A stretch of 20,000 bases of DNA from an uncultured virus (IMG/VR IMGVR_UViG_3300028396_000003) (Duplodnaviria > Heunggongvirae > Uroviricota > Caudoviricetes), in the IMG/VR virus record IMGVR_UViG_3300028396_000003, one strand, 5' to 3'. Shown in pieces: positions 1-8,962 of the stretch. Position 1 is the first letter of the stretch, and each line of letters opens with the position of its first letter. The notes below the pieces were generated by a model, which did no database searches, had not been told where the DNA came from, and saw nothing but the letters and a program-made list of their open reading frames with translations. The position numbers and the translations under genes are program-made.

Positions 1-200
1 TCATCTTCGTATAATTCGTTTACACAAACATAACCGTTATGCTGACAAATGAATTCGTCAAAGCTATTAAGACTTCTTATGTTATCTACATGATTGCCTA
101 CTTCGTCGCCAACTTTAGTACACATGGCAAGAGCGTCTTCTAATCGAGATGCCATTCCAACCGTATTTGATGGAAAGGTATTTGATTTAATTGTAAACAT
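1..200 (-). CDS. Hypothetical early protein (MFTIKSNTFPSNTVGMASRLEDAL...), runs off the left edge of the window
   Basis: ATG at 200, SD AAGGA upstream, frame open to the window edge, consensus sigma70 promoter directly upstream. Confidence 0.75.
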   Translation of the reverse strand, partial: MFTIKSNTFPSNTVGMASRLEDALAMCTKVGDEVGNHVDNIRSLNSFDEFICQHNGYVCVNELYED

Positions 201-227
201 ACTATTTTCCTTTTGTTGTTATATACT

Positions 228-256
228 ATTATAACTGATTCTAAAAGGAATGTCAA
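228..256 (-). promoter_or_regulatory. Sigma70-type early promoter TTGACA-17-TATAAT with AGAATCAG in the spacer
   Basis: Minus strand reads TTGACAttccttttagaatcagtTATAAT. Confidence 0.9.
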
Positions 257-259
257 TAG

Positions 260-505
260 TTAATCGTAGCCGAGTCGAGCCACGCTTTTCATTTCTAATG
301 TAAGGAGTTCTTGTACACGATTTTCATATGCTACTTCAAAACCTTCAAGTGCATATTGGGATCTTTCGTGGTTTCCCCATAGTCTTTTAAAATAACTATC
401 ATAAAGGTATTCAACAACTGAGTCTGGTTCTGACTTATCAATCAGTTGACCTTTCACCATCCAATTCAAACGGTTGGCTTCTTTACGTACTTCTGGTGAG
501 CACAT
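260..505 (-). CDS. Hypothetical protein (81 aa), probably late-translated
   Basis: ORF track; strong SD AGGAGGT; late-promoter-like CATAAATA upstream. Confidence 0.8.
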   Translation of the reverse strand: MCSPEVRKEANRLNWMVKGQLIDKSEPDSVVEYLYDSYFKRLWGNHERSQYALEGFEVAYENRVQELLTLEMKSVARLGYD

Positions 506-506
506 A

Positions 507-560
507 GTGGGACCTCCTATATAAACAATGTAATATTATTTATGTTTTGGAGGTACCCAC
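507..560 (-). promoter_or_regulatory. SD-sequestering hairpin with an internal late promoter (CATAAATA, 537-544)
   Basis: GUGGGUACCUCC pairs with GGAGGUCCCAC; upper stem AUAAAUAAU/AUUGUUUAU. Confidence 0.7.
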
Positions 561-599
561 CAGCCGCTGTGTTAGCGGTAACATTTAAATTTATTTTAA

Positions 600-1564
600 T
601 TAAATTGGATTAATTACATAATGAATAAGTAATACCAACGCTACTGAGGCGCCAAGACCAACCATCATTTTACCAAAGTCTTTAGCAACTAATGGAAATA
701 CTGATTTGGTTTTTCTTTTACCAAAGTATGTTGCCATAGCCAACTCACGTCCTGCTAATAGCCCAACGAAAACCCATGTTGTACTCATAGGAATATCATT
801 TAGTTCTTTAAAGAAATATAAACATAGCCAGTAAAACAAGTCAATCAATGTCGCTGATCTTACATATCGAGTATTATGTTTCTCTAATACAATTTGTTGG
901 ATTTTACCACCACGTTCTCTAAACATAAAGAACAATCCACCAACAAATACAAATGATATAAGTATCATTAAATCTACTGGTACTTGACGTGGTAAGAACA
1001 CCGCAATGTTAGCAATGTCATGCGATAACCAAGTATACCATAAACCACCAGTAGCAAGCCACTGAGCAATACGCCAAAACTTTTTATTGCCTTCACTTAT
1101 AGGTGCCGTTTCATCATACCATCTACCAAAGTATTTGTGAATTATAAACCATACTGCATAAGCAAACCCTGCAGCTACACCATAACCCATAATGGATTTC
1201 ATTAGCATCTTTTCTAATACAAAGGTGCTAGCAAATACTGATAAGACTAAGAATGATGTTGAAACTGGTACACCTAATCGAGTCAATGCAACTAGAATTG
1301 CAGGTGCTGCAGCATGGTACCATTGTACTTCTTGCCACGGGATTTTATTCAAACGACCATAACTAATGTCACCGCCATTCATCATCCAACCATACCAAAG
1401 TGTGGCTAAAAGAACAGAGGACGCTGCTATCCATAATGTTTTATAACTAATCTCTCATTGTTTGATGCCATCCAAGTACCGAGAGTTTGTACTGAATCAT
1501 TTGCTATAACTGCGTAAGCAGCAAGCAGGAATCCGATTAGACTCCACATTGTGAGTAGTTCCAT
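600..1564 (-). pseudogene. PiT/PHO4-like phosphate(/sulfate) permease-type membrane protein, ~321 aa, broken by a 1-nt frameshift near 1449-1450
   Basis: ATG at 1564 with SD AAGGAG gives MELLTMWSLIGFLLAAYAVIANDSVQTLGTWMASNNER. The downstream frame continues SYKTLWIAASS... into the 600..1385 ORF. PiT-like repeats ANDSVQTLGT, GVPVSTS, HDIAN and IPMSTTW are present. Span is 965 nt (one short of a multiple of 3). Confidence 0.7.
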
Positions 1565-1584
1565 AAATTTCTCCTTTATTGTTT

Positions 1585-1641
1585 GACGTTTTTACCACGT
1601 CGCTCACATTAAAAAAGGCAAGGTATTTACCACCTCACCTT
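1585..1641 (-). promoter_or_regulatory. Tandem hairpins with identical GGUAAAW loops in the 5' leader of the PiT-like gene (candidate cis-regulatory RNA; hairpin 1 plus U-run is terminator-like)
   Basis: AAGGUGAGGU-GGUAAAU-ACCUUGCCUU-UUUU followed by GACGU-GGUAAAA-ACGUC. Confidence 0.55.
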
Positions 1642-1645
1642 AATC

Positions 1646-1653
1646 TATTTATT
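1646..1653 (-). promoter_or_regulatory. Possible gp55-dependent late promoter AATAAATA
   Basis: 7/8 match to T4 TATAAATA, just upstream of the leader hairpins; AT-rich background weakens it. Confidence 0.4.
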
Positions 1654-1804
1654 CTTCACCTAACCAAATATTAATACTTAATAGGTTTTTATCTCTTTTA
1701 CTTATTGCGTATTCTATATTGAGATCATGTAATGCTTTTCTTAACGCTACTAATTTAGTAGGTTCTTTGGGTCTTACCCAGGTTTTTGATGGTTCATCAT
1801 CCAT
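1649..1804 (-). CDS. Small hypothetical protein (51 aa, MDDEPSKTWVRPKEPTKLVALRKALHDLNIEY...)
   Basis: Hand-translated; ATG overlaps the stop of the upstream gene (TAATG coupling). Confidence 0.7.
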   Translation of the reverse strand: MDDEPSKTWVRPKEPTKLVALRKALHDLNIEYAISKRDKNLLSINIWLGEE

Positions 1805-2214
1805 TATAGAGCTTTCTTTAAATCGCCGTGGTTACCTTCATGGCTTGGAGCAGTCCAACCCTCTGGTTTAATCAAGTCAGGTAATCCAAACGGATTTGGC
1901 CGACCTTCTTTAACACCAACATCTTTAGCAGCGTTTGCCTCGTAAACTTTATTCCAAGCCATATTTGCATCAACTCCAAATACATCAAGTGTACCAATAG
2001 CGAATACGCACATATCAATTAAACCATCAACAATTTCTTCAGGATCTTTGGCTTCAATAGCATCCATCGTTTCCATGAGTTCTTCCTCACACATTGATAA
2101 ACGAAACTTTAGGTATTTGTCCATCAAGTCTTTATTATCTTTATTGGCTTCAAACCATTCTCTGACGCCAAACTTGTTGTGCATCATATACATATCGTTA
2201 GCAAAATCGCTCAT
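1804..2214 (-). CDS. MazG-like / all-alpha NTP pyrophosphohydrolase (dUTPase/PRA-PH-like)
   Basis: EExxE...EIVDGLID acidic metal-binding motif; C-terminal DLIKPEGWTAP. Confidence 0.8.
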   Translation of the reverse strand: MSDFANDMYMMHNKFGVREWFEANKDNKDLMDKYLKFRLSMCEEELMETMDAIEAKDPEEIVDGLIDMCVFAIGTLDVFGVDANMAWNKVYEANAAKDVGVKEGRPNPFGLPDLIKPEGWTAPSHEGNHGDLKKAL

Positions 2215-2239
2215 ATTATAATCCTTTGTTGTTTATTAG

Positions 2240-2268
2240 ATAGTACCACACTATCACATATATGTCAA
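2240..2268 (-). promoter_or_regulatory. Sigma70 promoter TTGACA-17-TACTAT with TGTG extended -10
   Basis: TTGACAtatatgtgatagtgtggTACTAT. Confidence 0.8.
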
Positions 2269-2450
2269 TCAATATTTAAGTTAGATAAGTACATCATCTC
2301 ATCTTTTAGTTTAAGCTTTTTAACCTTGGCAGCTTTGATAGATTTGTCAGGTGCCTTTTCTGCTTCAAGCGCTTCAATCATTTTATGTTGGTTGGCATGT
2401 TCTTTAGTTACCAACTCAAGTCTGTACTTTATATCTTCTGCAGTTTTCAT
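2265..2450 (-). CDS. DUF465/YdcH-like small coiled-coil protein
   Basis: EHANQHKMIEALE...KVKKLKLKDEM pattern; start at 2450 preferred because of SD AAGGGG. Confidence 0.65.
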   Translation of the reverse strand: MKTAEDIKYRLELVTKEHANQHKMIEALEAEKAPDKSIKAAKVKKLKLKDEMMYLSNLNID

Positions 2451-2460
2451 TATGTTCCCC

Positions 2461-5004
2461 TTATACAAAGAAGCTGTCTACGGTGTTTACTTTTTCAGCG
2501 GACCAACCGACAGCATCGAGGATCGCCTCTAACGGAGTTAGGAATACTTTTTCAAATTGCTTTTCATAGTCAATGTATTTAGCCAATTCCATTTCAGGTG
2601 GTAGTACACCCGGAAACGATATGATGTTTTCTTTGATTGGATTTGGCGTCTTAAGGTATACGAACTTGATTTTGTCGCCACCATTAATTTCGTTATAACG
2701 TTTTTGCAGCTTGGCTTGTTTCATATAATGATTATATAGAATAGCACCACGTACGTGCATAGGACAACCTTTTTTGTATAGGGATCCACTTTCACGATAC
2801 TTGTCGATGTTATCAGTACCAGAGTTTTTAGCAATATCCTCTGCGCCAAGATTAAAGAATTTAGATTTAAAATCTGCAATGAATTGTTGAGTTGCTTCTT
2901 CACCTTCGTTCATAATAATTTTAAACGATTTCTTTAACTCTTCACGACATACTTCTGGCGTTGATGAACGAACTGATTCCAAACCAGTTACTGATACCTT
3001 AGGCTCGTCATAGTGAACACCTTCAGAGTTAAGCGTATTCATAATGTAACGTTTCTTGGCAATGAACACAGACTTATCAGTAATCTTTTCTCGTTTCATT
3101 CCCATCGCTTGGCGATAAGCACCCATCTTTTTAGCAAGCTCTTCGTAACCAGCTTCAAGTACTGGCTCAATTTTCATTTGGCAAACTTTATCAAGGAACT
3201 CCTCGCCTTTCTTACGGTCAACATCGACAGTACCAAAAGCGTTTTCAACGATAGGAGCCATATCAACATAGATAGAGTCAGTATCAATATAAACAATATA
3301 ATCTTTATCGGTTTTCAATATTTTATTGAGATAATCGTTTACTGATTTCTGAGCATATCGGATTGATAATTGACCAGATGTAGTAATCGCTTCAGCCATA
3401 TCGTTAATATAGTATAGGAAGTAAATGTTTGCCATAGCGCCATACAATGAGTTCATACTAATTTTGATAGCCATCTGAGCATTATGTAATTGGTTTGCTT
3501 CACGTTTCAAACGTTTGATTTCGCTTGGATCAGTTGCATCCTCAAGTTGTTGCTCGACCTTTAACATATTCTTTTTAATCACGGTACGATTACCATAGTA
3601 TTCATCAATGATAGATGGAATAATACCTTTAAACTCGTTGGTAAAGCATGCACCATTTGCTGCTACTGACATTTTCTTATGCTCAGATTGATACGTACCT
3701 TTCAATACCATATCTTGGTTTACGAAATCTCGTTCATCAGATAGGTACGTTTCTGGCGACATATTATATTGTAGCATAAGGTGTGGATACAGAGAGTTCA
3801 AATCAAAAGATACAATCCAAGGATGCATACCAACTTTTGGATCTTTAACATAACCGCCGACAAGTTCGCCAGCACGTTGCCCAGGACCGCCTTTGATTGG
3901 TGGTACACGACCATCAAGTATTAGTTTACGATATAAAGTTGTTTCCCATATACCAACCGTACCAAATGCATCATTATAGTTCACACCGCCGCCATAAGCA
4001 ACAGTCATAACCAACTGAAGCAGCGAGGTTTCATCCTCAAATCTTTGAATAAGCCACGTATCTTTAAGGTTATAGTCGAGATATAGTTGAGGGTTTTGTT
4101 CGTACAAAGCATTAAGGTTACCATACTCAGAGTAATCTAATTTCTTTTCACCAAGTACAACATATGCGATGTGGTCAAGTTTCCACGACTCTTGTGGTCC
4201 ATACTTATAACCAAACTTTTTGAAGCAGTCCATATAATCAACAACCGCCATACCACCAATCTGATATGTGTTTTGCATCTTACCAAAGAACTCGCGACCA
4301 GTTTGTCGAATATTACGCCAAGGAGATAAATCTTTAATCCAATCTTCACCAAACATATTTTTCATACGTGTAATAATATATTGAATGTCAAAATACTCTA
4401 CGTTCCAACCTGTAACAATATCAGGATAGTCATTAATCCATAACTCTTTAAAGCGTTTGAGCAAAGCTTGCTCTGTATCAAACTTCATAAAGTGAATGTT
4501 ATCTGGATCAATGTCAAGTAAAGTTTTACTTTTATCATAATCTTTACGACCAAGCAAATGGTAGTCTGAAGACTTTGAAGATTTATAAGCGATAGATGTA
4601 ATTTCTTTATCAGCAAAGTCAACATCAGGATAACCATCCGCAATGTCAACCTCGATGTCAAATGATACGATATTGATTTTAGATGGATCAAAGTTGATGT
4701 TGTTTGGATATTCTTGTTGAATAAACTGAGCTACATAATTTGAACTACCTGCGATAGTCATGCCATGTACGTCTTTGTAACGTTCAATAAATTCTTTGGC
4801 TTCTCTCATGCCATCTTGTTTCATTGGCATCAAAGGTATGTCACCTTGGAGCGAACGAAAATTGGATGGGGCTCCATCTTTGGTGTTACAATATAACGTA
4901 GGCTCAAATTGAACCTTCTTAGAAAACCGTTTACCATTGGCGTCATAACCACGCCACAGAATGTTTTGGCCGAAGCGTTCGACCGATGTATAAAATTTAG
5001 ACAT
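2461..5004 (-). CDS. 43: Family B DNA polymerase (T4 gp43-like)
   Basis: Exo motifs [13 protein letters not shown] and YNLKD; polymerase motifs [18 protein letters not shown] and YIDTDS; C-terminal clamp-binding-like TVDSFFV. Confidence 0.98.
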   Translation of the reverse strand: MSKFYTSVERFGQNILWRGYDANGKRFSKKVQFEPTLYCNTKDGAPSNFRSLQGDIPLMPMKQDGMREAKEFIERYKDVHGMTIAGSSNYVAQFIQQEYPNNINFDPSKINIVSFDIEVDIADGYPDVDFADKEITSIAYKSSKSSDYHLLGRKDYDKSKTLLDIDPDNIHFMKFDTEQALLKRFKELWINDYPDIVTGWNVEYFDIQYIITRMKNMFGEDWIKDLSPWRNIRQTGREFFGKMQNTYQIGGMAVVDYMDCFKKFGYKYGPQESWKLDHIAYVVLGEKKLDYSEYGNLNALYEQNPQLYLDYNLKDTWLIQRFEDETSLLQLVMTVAYGGGVNYNDAFGTVGIWETTLYRKLILDGRVPPIKGGPGQRAGELVGGYVKDPKVGMHPWIVSFDLNSLYPHLMLQYNMSPETYLSDERDFVNQDMVLKGTYQSEHKKMSVAANGACFTNEFKGIIPSIIDEYYGNRTVIKKNMLKVEQQLEDATDPSEIKRLKREANQLHNAQMAIKISMNSLYGAMANIYFLYYINDMAEAITTSGQLSIRYAQKSVNDYLNKILKTDKDYIVYIDTDSIYVDMAPIVENAFGTVDVDRKKGEEFLDKVCQMKIEPVLEAGYEELAKKMGAYRQAMGMKREKITDKSVFIAKKRYIMNTLNSEGVHYDEPKVSVTGLESVRSSTPEVCREELKKSFKIIMNEGEEATQQFIADFKSKFFNLGAEDIAKNSGTDNIDKYRESGSLYKKGCPMHVRGAILYNHYMKQAKLQKRYNEINGGDKIKFVYLKTPNPIKENIISFPGVLPPEMELAKYIDYEKQFEKVFLTPLEAILDAVGWSAEKVNTVDSFFV

Positions 5005-5031
5005 GTGTATCCTTAAACATAATATAAAATA

Positions 5032-5060
5032 ATACTAACACAGTTTGTTAGCAATGTCAA
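5032..5060 (-). promoter_or_regulatory. Sigma70 promoter for gp43, TTGACA-17-TAGTAT
   Basis: TTGACAttgctaacaaactgtgtTAGTAT. Confidence 0.8.
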
Positions 5061-5287
5061 TCTTTTTCTTTCCAAGAATCCATTTCAGTAATAATTTCAT
5101 CGCCATCCTTGTCATTAGCAATACCCAGCGCCATTGCTTGTATATCGTCAATAAGATTTTGGCAGGCAGCCTTGTCATATTGTTTATAAGAGATTTCAGA
5201 AAACTCGTTACGAACTCTATGTAACAAGATTGCTTTATCTTTCATTACGCTTATTCTTTTGATTAAATCTTCTATACTATGGCGCAT
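5057..5287 (-). CDS. Hypothetical protein (76 aa)
   Basis: ORF track; SD AGGAG upstream; in operon between gp46 and gp43. Confidence 0.8.
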   Translation of the reverse strand: MRHSIEDLIKRISVMKDKAILLHRVRNEFSEISYKQYDKAACQNLIDDIQAMALGIANDKDGDEIITEMDSWKEKD

Positions 5288-5296
5288 CTGCTACTC

Positions 5297-7009
5297 CTAC
5301 GCTGTTATTTCGCTAAAGTTCTTTACCTTTTTAAAGCGAATATGATTATCAAATTTATCACCAAACTGGTGACCACGGTGTGAGATAACAAAGATGTTAT
5401 CATCTGCGTTAAGATTATGTAACGTATCAATCAAACTTTCAATGCCAACACCATCAAGTGCTCCATCTAACGTTTCGTCAAGCAATAATAAATTAGTTGA
5501 TACTGAGTTACGAAGTTTGGCAACTGAACGCCAAGCCAACATAATCGCTAAGGTAATTCTAAGCTTTTCGCCTTCTGAAAACGAAGCATAAGAAAAAGCA
5601 TCACGGAAACGAGATTTGATTACTTCATTAAAGTTTTCATCTAATTGAAAGTCAACGAACAACTCAAACGATCCAAGGTACTTATTAATTAATTTATTCA
5701 TTATTGGAATATATTGTCTGATAATACGAGTTTTAATACCACCATCACGTAACATAGCTTGAACAACAGTAAGTACTTCTCTATCATCAAACAGGTCTTG
5801 CTGTTCAACTTCTGTACTCCTAAGTCTATCACTAATCTCTTGCAGCTTTGTAGTATCAACAGCTTCAACTTGTTCTTCAGCAGATACCAATTCATTCTTA
5901 TATGATACTAACGCATTCTTTGCCACCTTAATAGTAGCACGTTGGTCGCCAATACTAAGATTAATATCTCTCATTTGATCTTCAAGTACTGATATAGCCT
6001 CTAAACGATCTTCGTAAGCCTTTGCCTTTTCGGCTAGTTGTTTTAAACCAGTTTCCAATTCAGCAAGCTTAGTATCCTTTTCACTTATAATACCGGCTTT
6101 AAATTCGTGTTCAATGCCTTGCTTACATGTTGGACAATCATCATGGTCTTGATAAAAAGATAACTCTTGTTGATGCGAACGTACTTGGCTTTCAATATCT
6201 CGTCGTAATGACTTAGCCTTTTCAGACTTTGTTTTCATTTCAGGTTTATCTTTAACATCATCTAAAACTGTTTGTAAAACATCTTCTTGTCCACTTATTA
6301 CTTGTTTAGCATCTTCAATTTCTTTGATGTGGACAGCCATCTTTTCACGGATTTTTTCAACCTCGTCTTCGCGTATTTTACGAATAGAGGCGTTATGTTC
6401 TTTAGCAGAGCTTAACTTTGATTCCATTAAATCCATCTGATAACTGTTTTCAGTAATTGATTCTTTATTACCAGATACACGATCCTTAAGCAACGTATTC
6501 ATAGTACTAAATACTTGAATATCTAATAGATCCTCGATGATTTCTCTACGTGAGTGAGCAGGTAATTCCATAAACGGAACATATGTTGCGCTACCAAGAA
6601 TAACAATCTGGTTAAAAGATTTATAATTTAGATTAAGAATGTTTTGCTCAAGATAAGCTTGATAATCTTTTGAGGCAGCATCTTGGTTTATCATTACGTT
6701 ATCTTTCCAAATTTCAAATATATTTGGTTTGATACCACGACGTATTAGATAATTAACAGTACCAACAGAAAACGTAATCTCAACTTGAGCCTCACGTGCG
6801 TTGATAGTATTAATCAATTGGTTTTTATTGACTTTGCGAAATGCTCTACCATATAAAGCAAAAACAATAGCATCAAGTAATGTAGACTTTCCGCTGCCGT
6901 TTGTGCCACTGATAAGAGTAGTTCGGTCTTGATCTAAACGTACTTCAGACCAAGCGTTACCTGATGATAGCAGGTTTTTATATTTTATTGTCTTAAATGT
7001 TATTTTCAT
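5297..7009 (-). CDS. 46: Recombination endonuclease subunit, Rad50/SbcC-like ATPase (gp46)
   Basis: Walker A GTNGSGKS, zinc hook CPTC, signature FSEGEK, Walker B LLLDE. Confidence 0.97.
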   Translation of the reverse strand: MKITFKTIKYKNLLSSGNAWSEVRLDQDRTTLISGTNGSGKSTLLDAIVFALYGRAFRKVNKNQLINTINAREAQVEITFSVGTVNYLIRRGIKPNIFEIWKDNVMINQDAASKDYQAYLEQNILNLNYKSFNQIVILGSATYVPFMELPAHSRREIIEDLLDIQVFSTMNTLLKDRVSGNKESITENSYQMDLMESKLSSAKEHNASIRKIREDEVEKIREKMAVHIKEIEDAKQVISGQEDVLQTVLDDVKDKPEMKTKSEKAKSLRRDIESQVRSHQQELSFYQDHDDCPTCKQGIEHEFKAGIISEKDTKLAELETGLKQLAEKAKAYEDRLEAISVLEDQMRDINLSIGDQRATIKVAKNALVSYKNELVSAEEQVEAVDTTKLQEISDRLRSTEVEQQDLFDDREVLTVVQAMLRDGGIKTRIIRQYIPIMNKLINKYLGSFELFVDFQLDENFNEVIKSRFRDAFSYASFSEGEKLRITLAIMLAWRSVAKLRNSVSTNLLLLDETLDGALDGVGIESLIDTLHNLNADDNIFVISHRGHQFGDKFDNHIRFKKVKNFSEITA

Positions 7010-8070
7010 TAAATGCTCTGCGCTTCCAAATATAGTTCATCAATCAATTCTTTAATCTTTTGCTTATTAGATTTCGTATCAATAGATTCAATATAATCAT
7101 GTAAAATATCTTTAGTATCTTTTGTTTCATCAAGTATTTCATCAACACCAGCATCACCTAAGTTAAGTGAGTCTTCTATCGACTTAACGTCGCTTGCGCC
7201 AGCATCAGTAAGTTTATTTAAAAACAAATCATATATGTATGGATTAGTTCTATTCTTAACAATAACCTTAATGTACGAGTCTTTAATATTAGTCAAATCT
7301 AAATGAGCAATATCTTCAATAGTCATATCAGCATCATCATAGTCAATTTTATGGTAAATACAGAAAGGATTTAAAATCCATTCCAACTCACGCGTTTCAG
7401 TATCTAAAATGCGGAAGCCACGTTTACCTTGATAATCAGACCATGTCATTTCATATGGAGCACCAAGATAGTTAATGTTACCATATTCAGATGGATGGTG
7501 GAAATGACCAGAATAAACTTGTTCATAACTACCAAACAATTCTTTAGTTAGACCATGATCACAAATCGCACCCTTCAGCATTTCAAAACCAATAATATCA
7601 AAGTGACCCATACATATATGAGCACTTGATTTACGTATGGCGTCTAAACATACTTCAGAATTTGTTTTCGTAATCCATGGTACCATTATAACATTAGTTG
7701 ACCCAAATGTCAACTCAACAGGTTCTTCACGATATATGTTGAAGTTTGTATACTCTTGGAGTAACAAGTTCATTGAGTTAACTTCATTTGTGTTTGTATA
7801 ATATACGGAGTGATTACCTACAACTGCATGGTATTCAATGTCACGCTTTTGTAGTTCATCAAAGAAAAACTTTTTAGCCCTATCAAGTGTAACATAATTG
7901 ATGTACTTACGACGGTCAAAGGTATCGCCTAGATCCAATACTGTTTTAATGTTATGTTCATCTAAATGTGGAAAGAACACTTCATTAAAAAACTTTTCTT
8001 GATGATCCAGAAATACCTTAGAATCGCCACGCACACCGAGATGCATGTCTGTAATTATAGCAACCTTCAC
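7009..8070 (-). CDS. 47: Recombination endonuclease subunit, Mre11/SbcD-like nuclease (gp47)
   Basis: Phosphoesterase motifs TDMHLG, LGDTFD, GNH, GHF and SGHFH; coupled to gp46. Confidence 0.97.
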   Translation of the reverse strand: MKVAIITDMHLGVRGDSKVFLDHQEKFFNEVFFPHLDEHNIKTVLDLGDTFDRRKYINYVTLDRAKKFFFDELQKRDIEYHAVVGNHSVYYTNTNEVNSMNLLLQEYTNFNIYREEPVELTFGSTNVIMVPWITKTNSEVCLDAIRKSSAHICMGHFDIIGFEMLKGAICDHGLTKELFGSYEQVYSGHFHHPSEYGNINYLGAPYEMTWSDYQGKRGFRILDTETRELEWILNPFCIYHKIDYDDADMTIEDIAHLDLTNIKDSYIKVIVKNRTNPYIYDLFLNKLTDAGASDVKSIEDSLNLGDAGVDEILDETKDTKDILHDYIESIDTKSNKQKIKELIDELYLEAQSI

Positions 8071-8612
8071 TCTTTAGATTCCTCTTCATTAGCCGCTGCT
8101 TCGATTGATTCTTTCTTTTTCGCTTTATCTTTTGCAATCTTATCTTCGTAATCTTGAACAAACGAATTCATATAATCAACATTGGTATTAAGATTTAAAT
8201 TTACTTCATCACCAGAATATGTACCGCCTGATGCAACCATAACTTGTGACGATTTAAAACGAATATACATTTGCTTTTTCTCTTTTTGAATACGTCTTAA
8301 GAATGCGTACCAAATAATTTGAGTAAAGTATGCAAATGGATTAGAAGACTTTTCAGAATTAAAGTTACCCATATATAATAGACAATTTTCAATACCATCT
8401 GAAATCATATCATCTTTATATGAATATCCACTAAAGTTTGGTTTTGTCGCAAGTCTTGTTGCGATTTGATAGATGCACTTACCGATATAGTCTGGACACC
8501 TTGGTTTTTCGTCACCGGCATCTTCTGCTTCGGTACACGCTTTTTTATATGCAATTAATGCTTCTAAAAAGTCTGCATTGTTAACATAGTTTCTTTTAGC
8601 TCTTTTTGCCAT
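8067..8612 (-). CDS. 55: Late-transcription sigma factor (gp55)
   Basis: NYVNNADFL, PNFSGYSYKDDMISDGIENCL and NPFAYFTQIIWYAFLRRIQKEKKQ; ATG at 8612 follows AGGAGG. Confidence 0.95.
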   Translation of the reverse strand: MAKRAKRNYVNNADFLEALIAYKKACTEAEDAGDEKPRCPDYIGKCIYQIATRLATKPNFSGYSYKDDMISDGIENCLLYMGNFNSEKSSNPFAYFTQIIWYAFLRRIQKEKKQMYIRFKSSQVMVASGGTYSGDEVNLNLNTNVDYMNSFVQDYEDKIAKDKAKKKESIEAAANEEESKE

Positions 8613-8616
8613 ATGG

Positions 8617-8820
8617 TCAGCCAACCTCCTTATTAATTAATGTAACTTGTGTTCCATAAGCCCAGTGACCATTATCAAAGTCAAATACACACCAGTCTTT
8701 TAAATCGTCTGAAATAGATAACACATCTTCACCATACTTACCACCATCTTTTGTAATTTCCATCGATGTAATTCTAGCAAGACCATGCCGAGAATAAGCC
8801 AAGTCACCTACTTTAATCAT
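8617..8820 (-). CDS. Hypothetical early protein (67 aa)
   Basis: ORF track; SD AGGA; own sigma70 promoter. Confidence 0.75.
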   Translation of the reverse strand: MIKVGDLAYSRHGLARITSMEITKDGGKYGEDVLSISDDLKDWCVFDFDNGHWAYGTQVTLINKEVG

Positions 8821-8847
8821 TCTATTATTCCTATCTGATTCTATATA

Positions 8848-8876
8848 ATAATAACATAGTAATCGCGTGGTGTCAA
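8848..8876 (-). promoter_or_regulatory. Sigma70 promoter TTGACA-17-TATTAT driving hyp-55-47-46
   Basis: TTGACAccacgcgattactatgtTATTAT, followed by TAGAATCAG. Confidence 0.8.
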
Positions 8877-8910
8877 CTAAAACTTTTTTCAGTACTACTA
8901 CATTTTTCTA

Positions 8911-8939
8911 TTGACATCACTATTTAGGTATGGTATAAT
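8911..8939 (+). promoter_or_regulatory. Consensus sigma70 promoter pointing antisense into uvsW
   Basis: TTGACAtcactatttaggtaTGgTATAAT: perfect -35 and -10, 17-bp spacer, extended -10. Confidence 0.8.
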
Positions 8940-8962
8940 AGACTTATGTCTTATAAACAATA

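Noticed and set aside
564..578. Small hairpin CCGCT-N5-AGCGG as a terminator
   Set aside because: Only a 5-bp stem, with no adjacent U-tract on the coding strand
1427..1457. Programmed -1 frameshift in the PiT-like gene
   Set aside because: No canonical X XXY YYZ heptamer in the allowed window; a 1-nt deletion or assembly error is simpler, though recoding is not excluded
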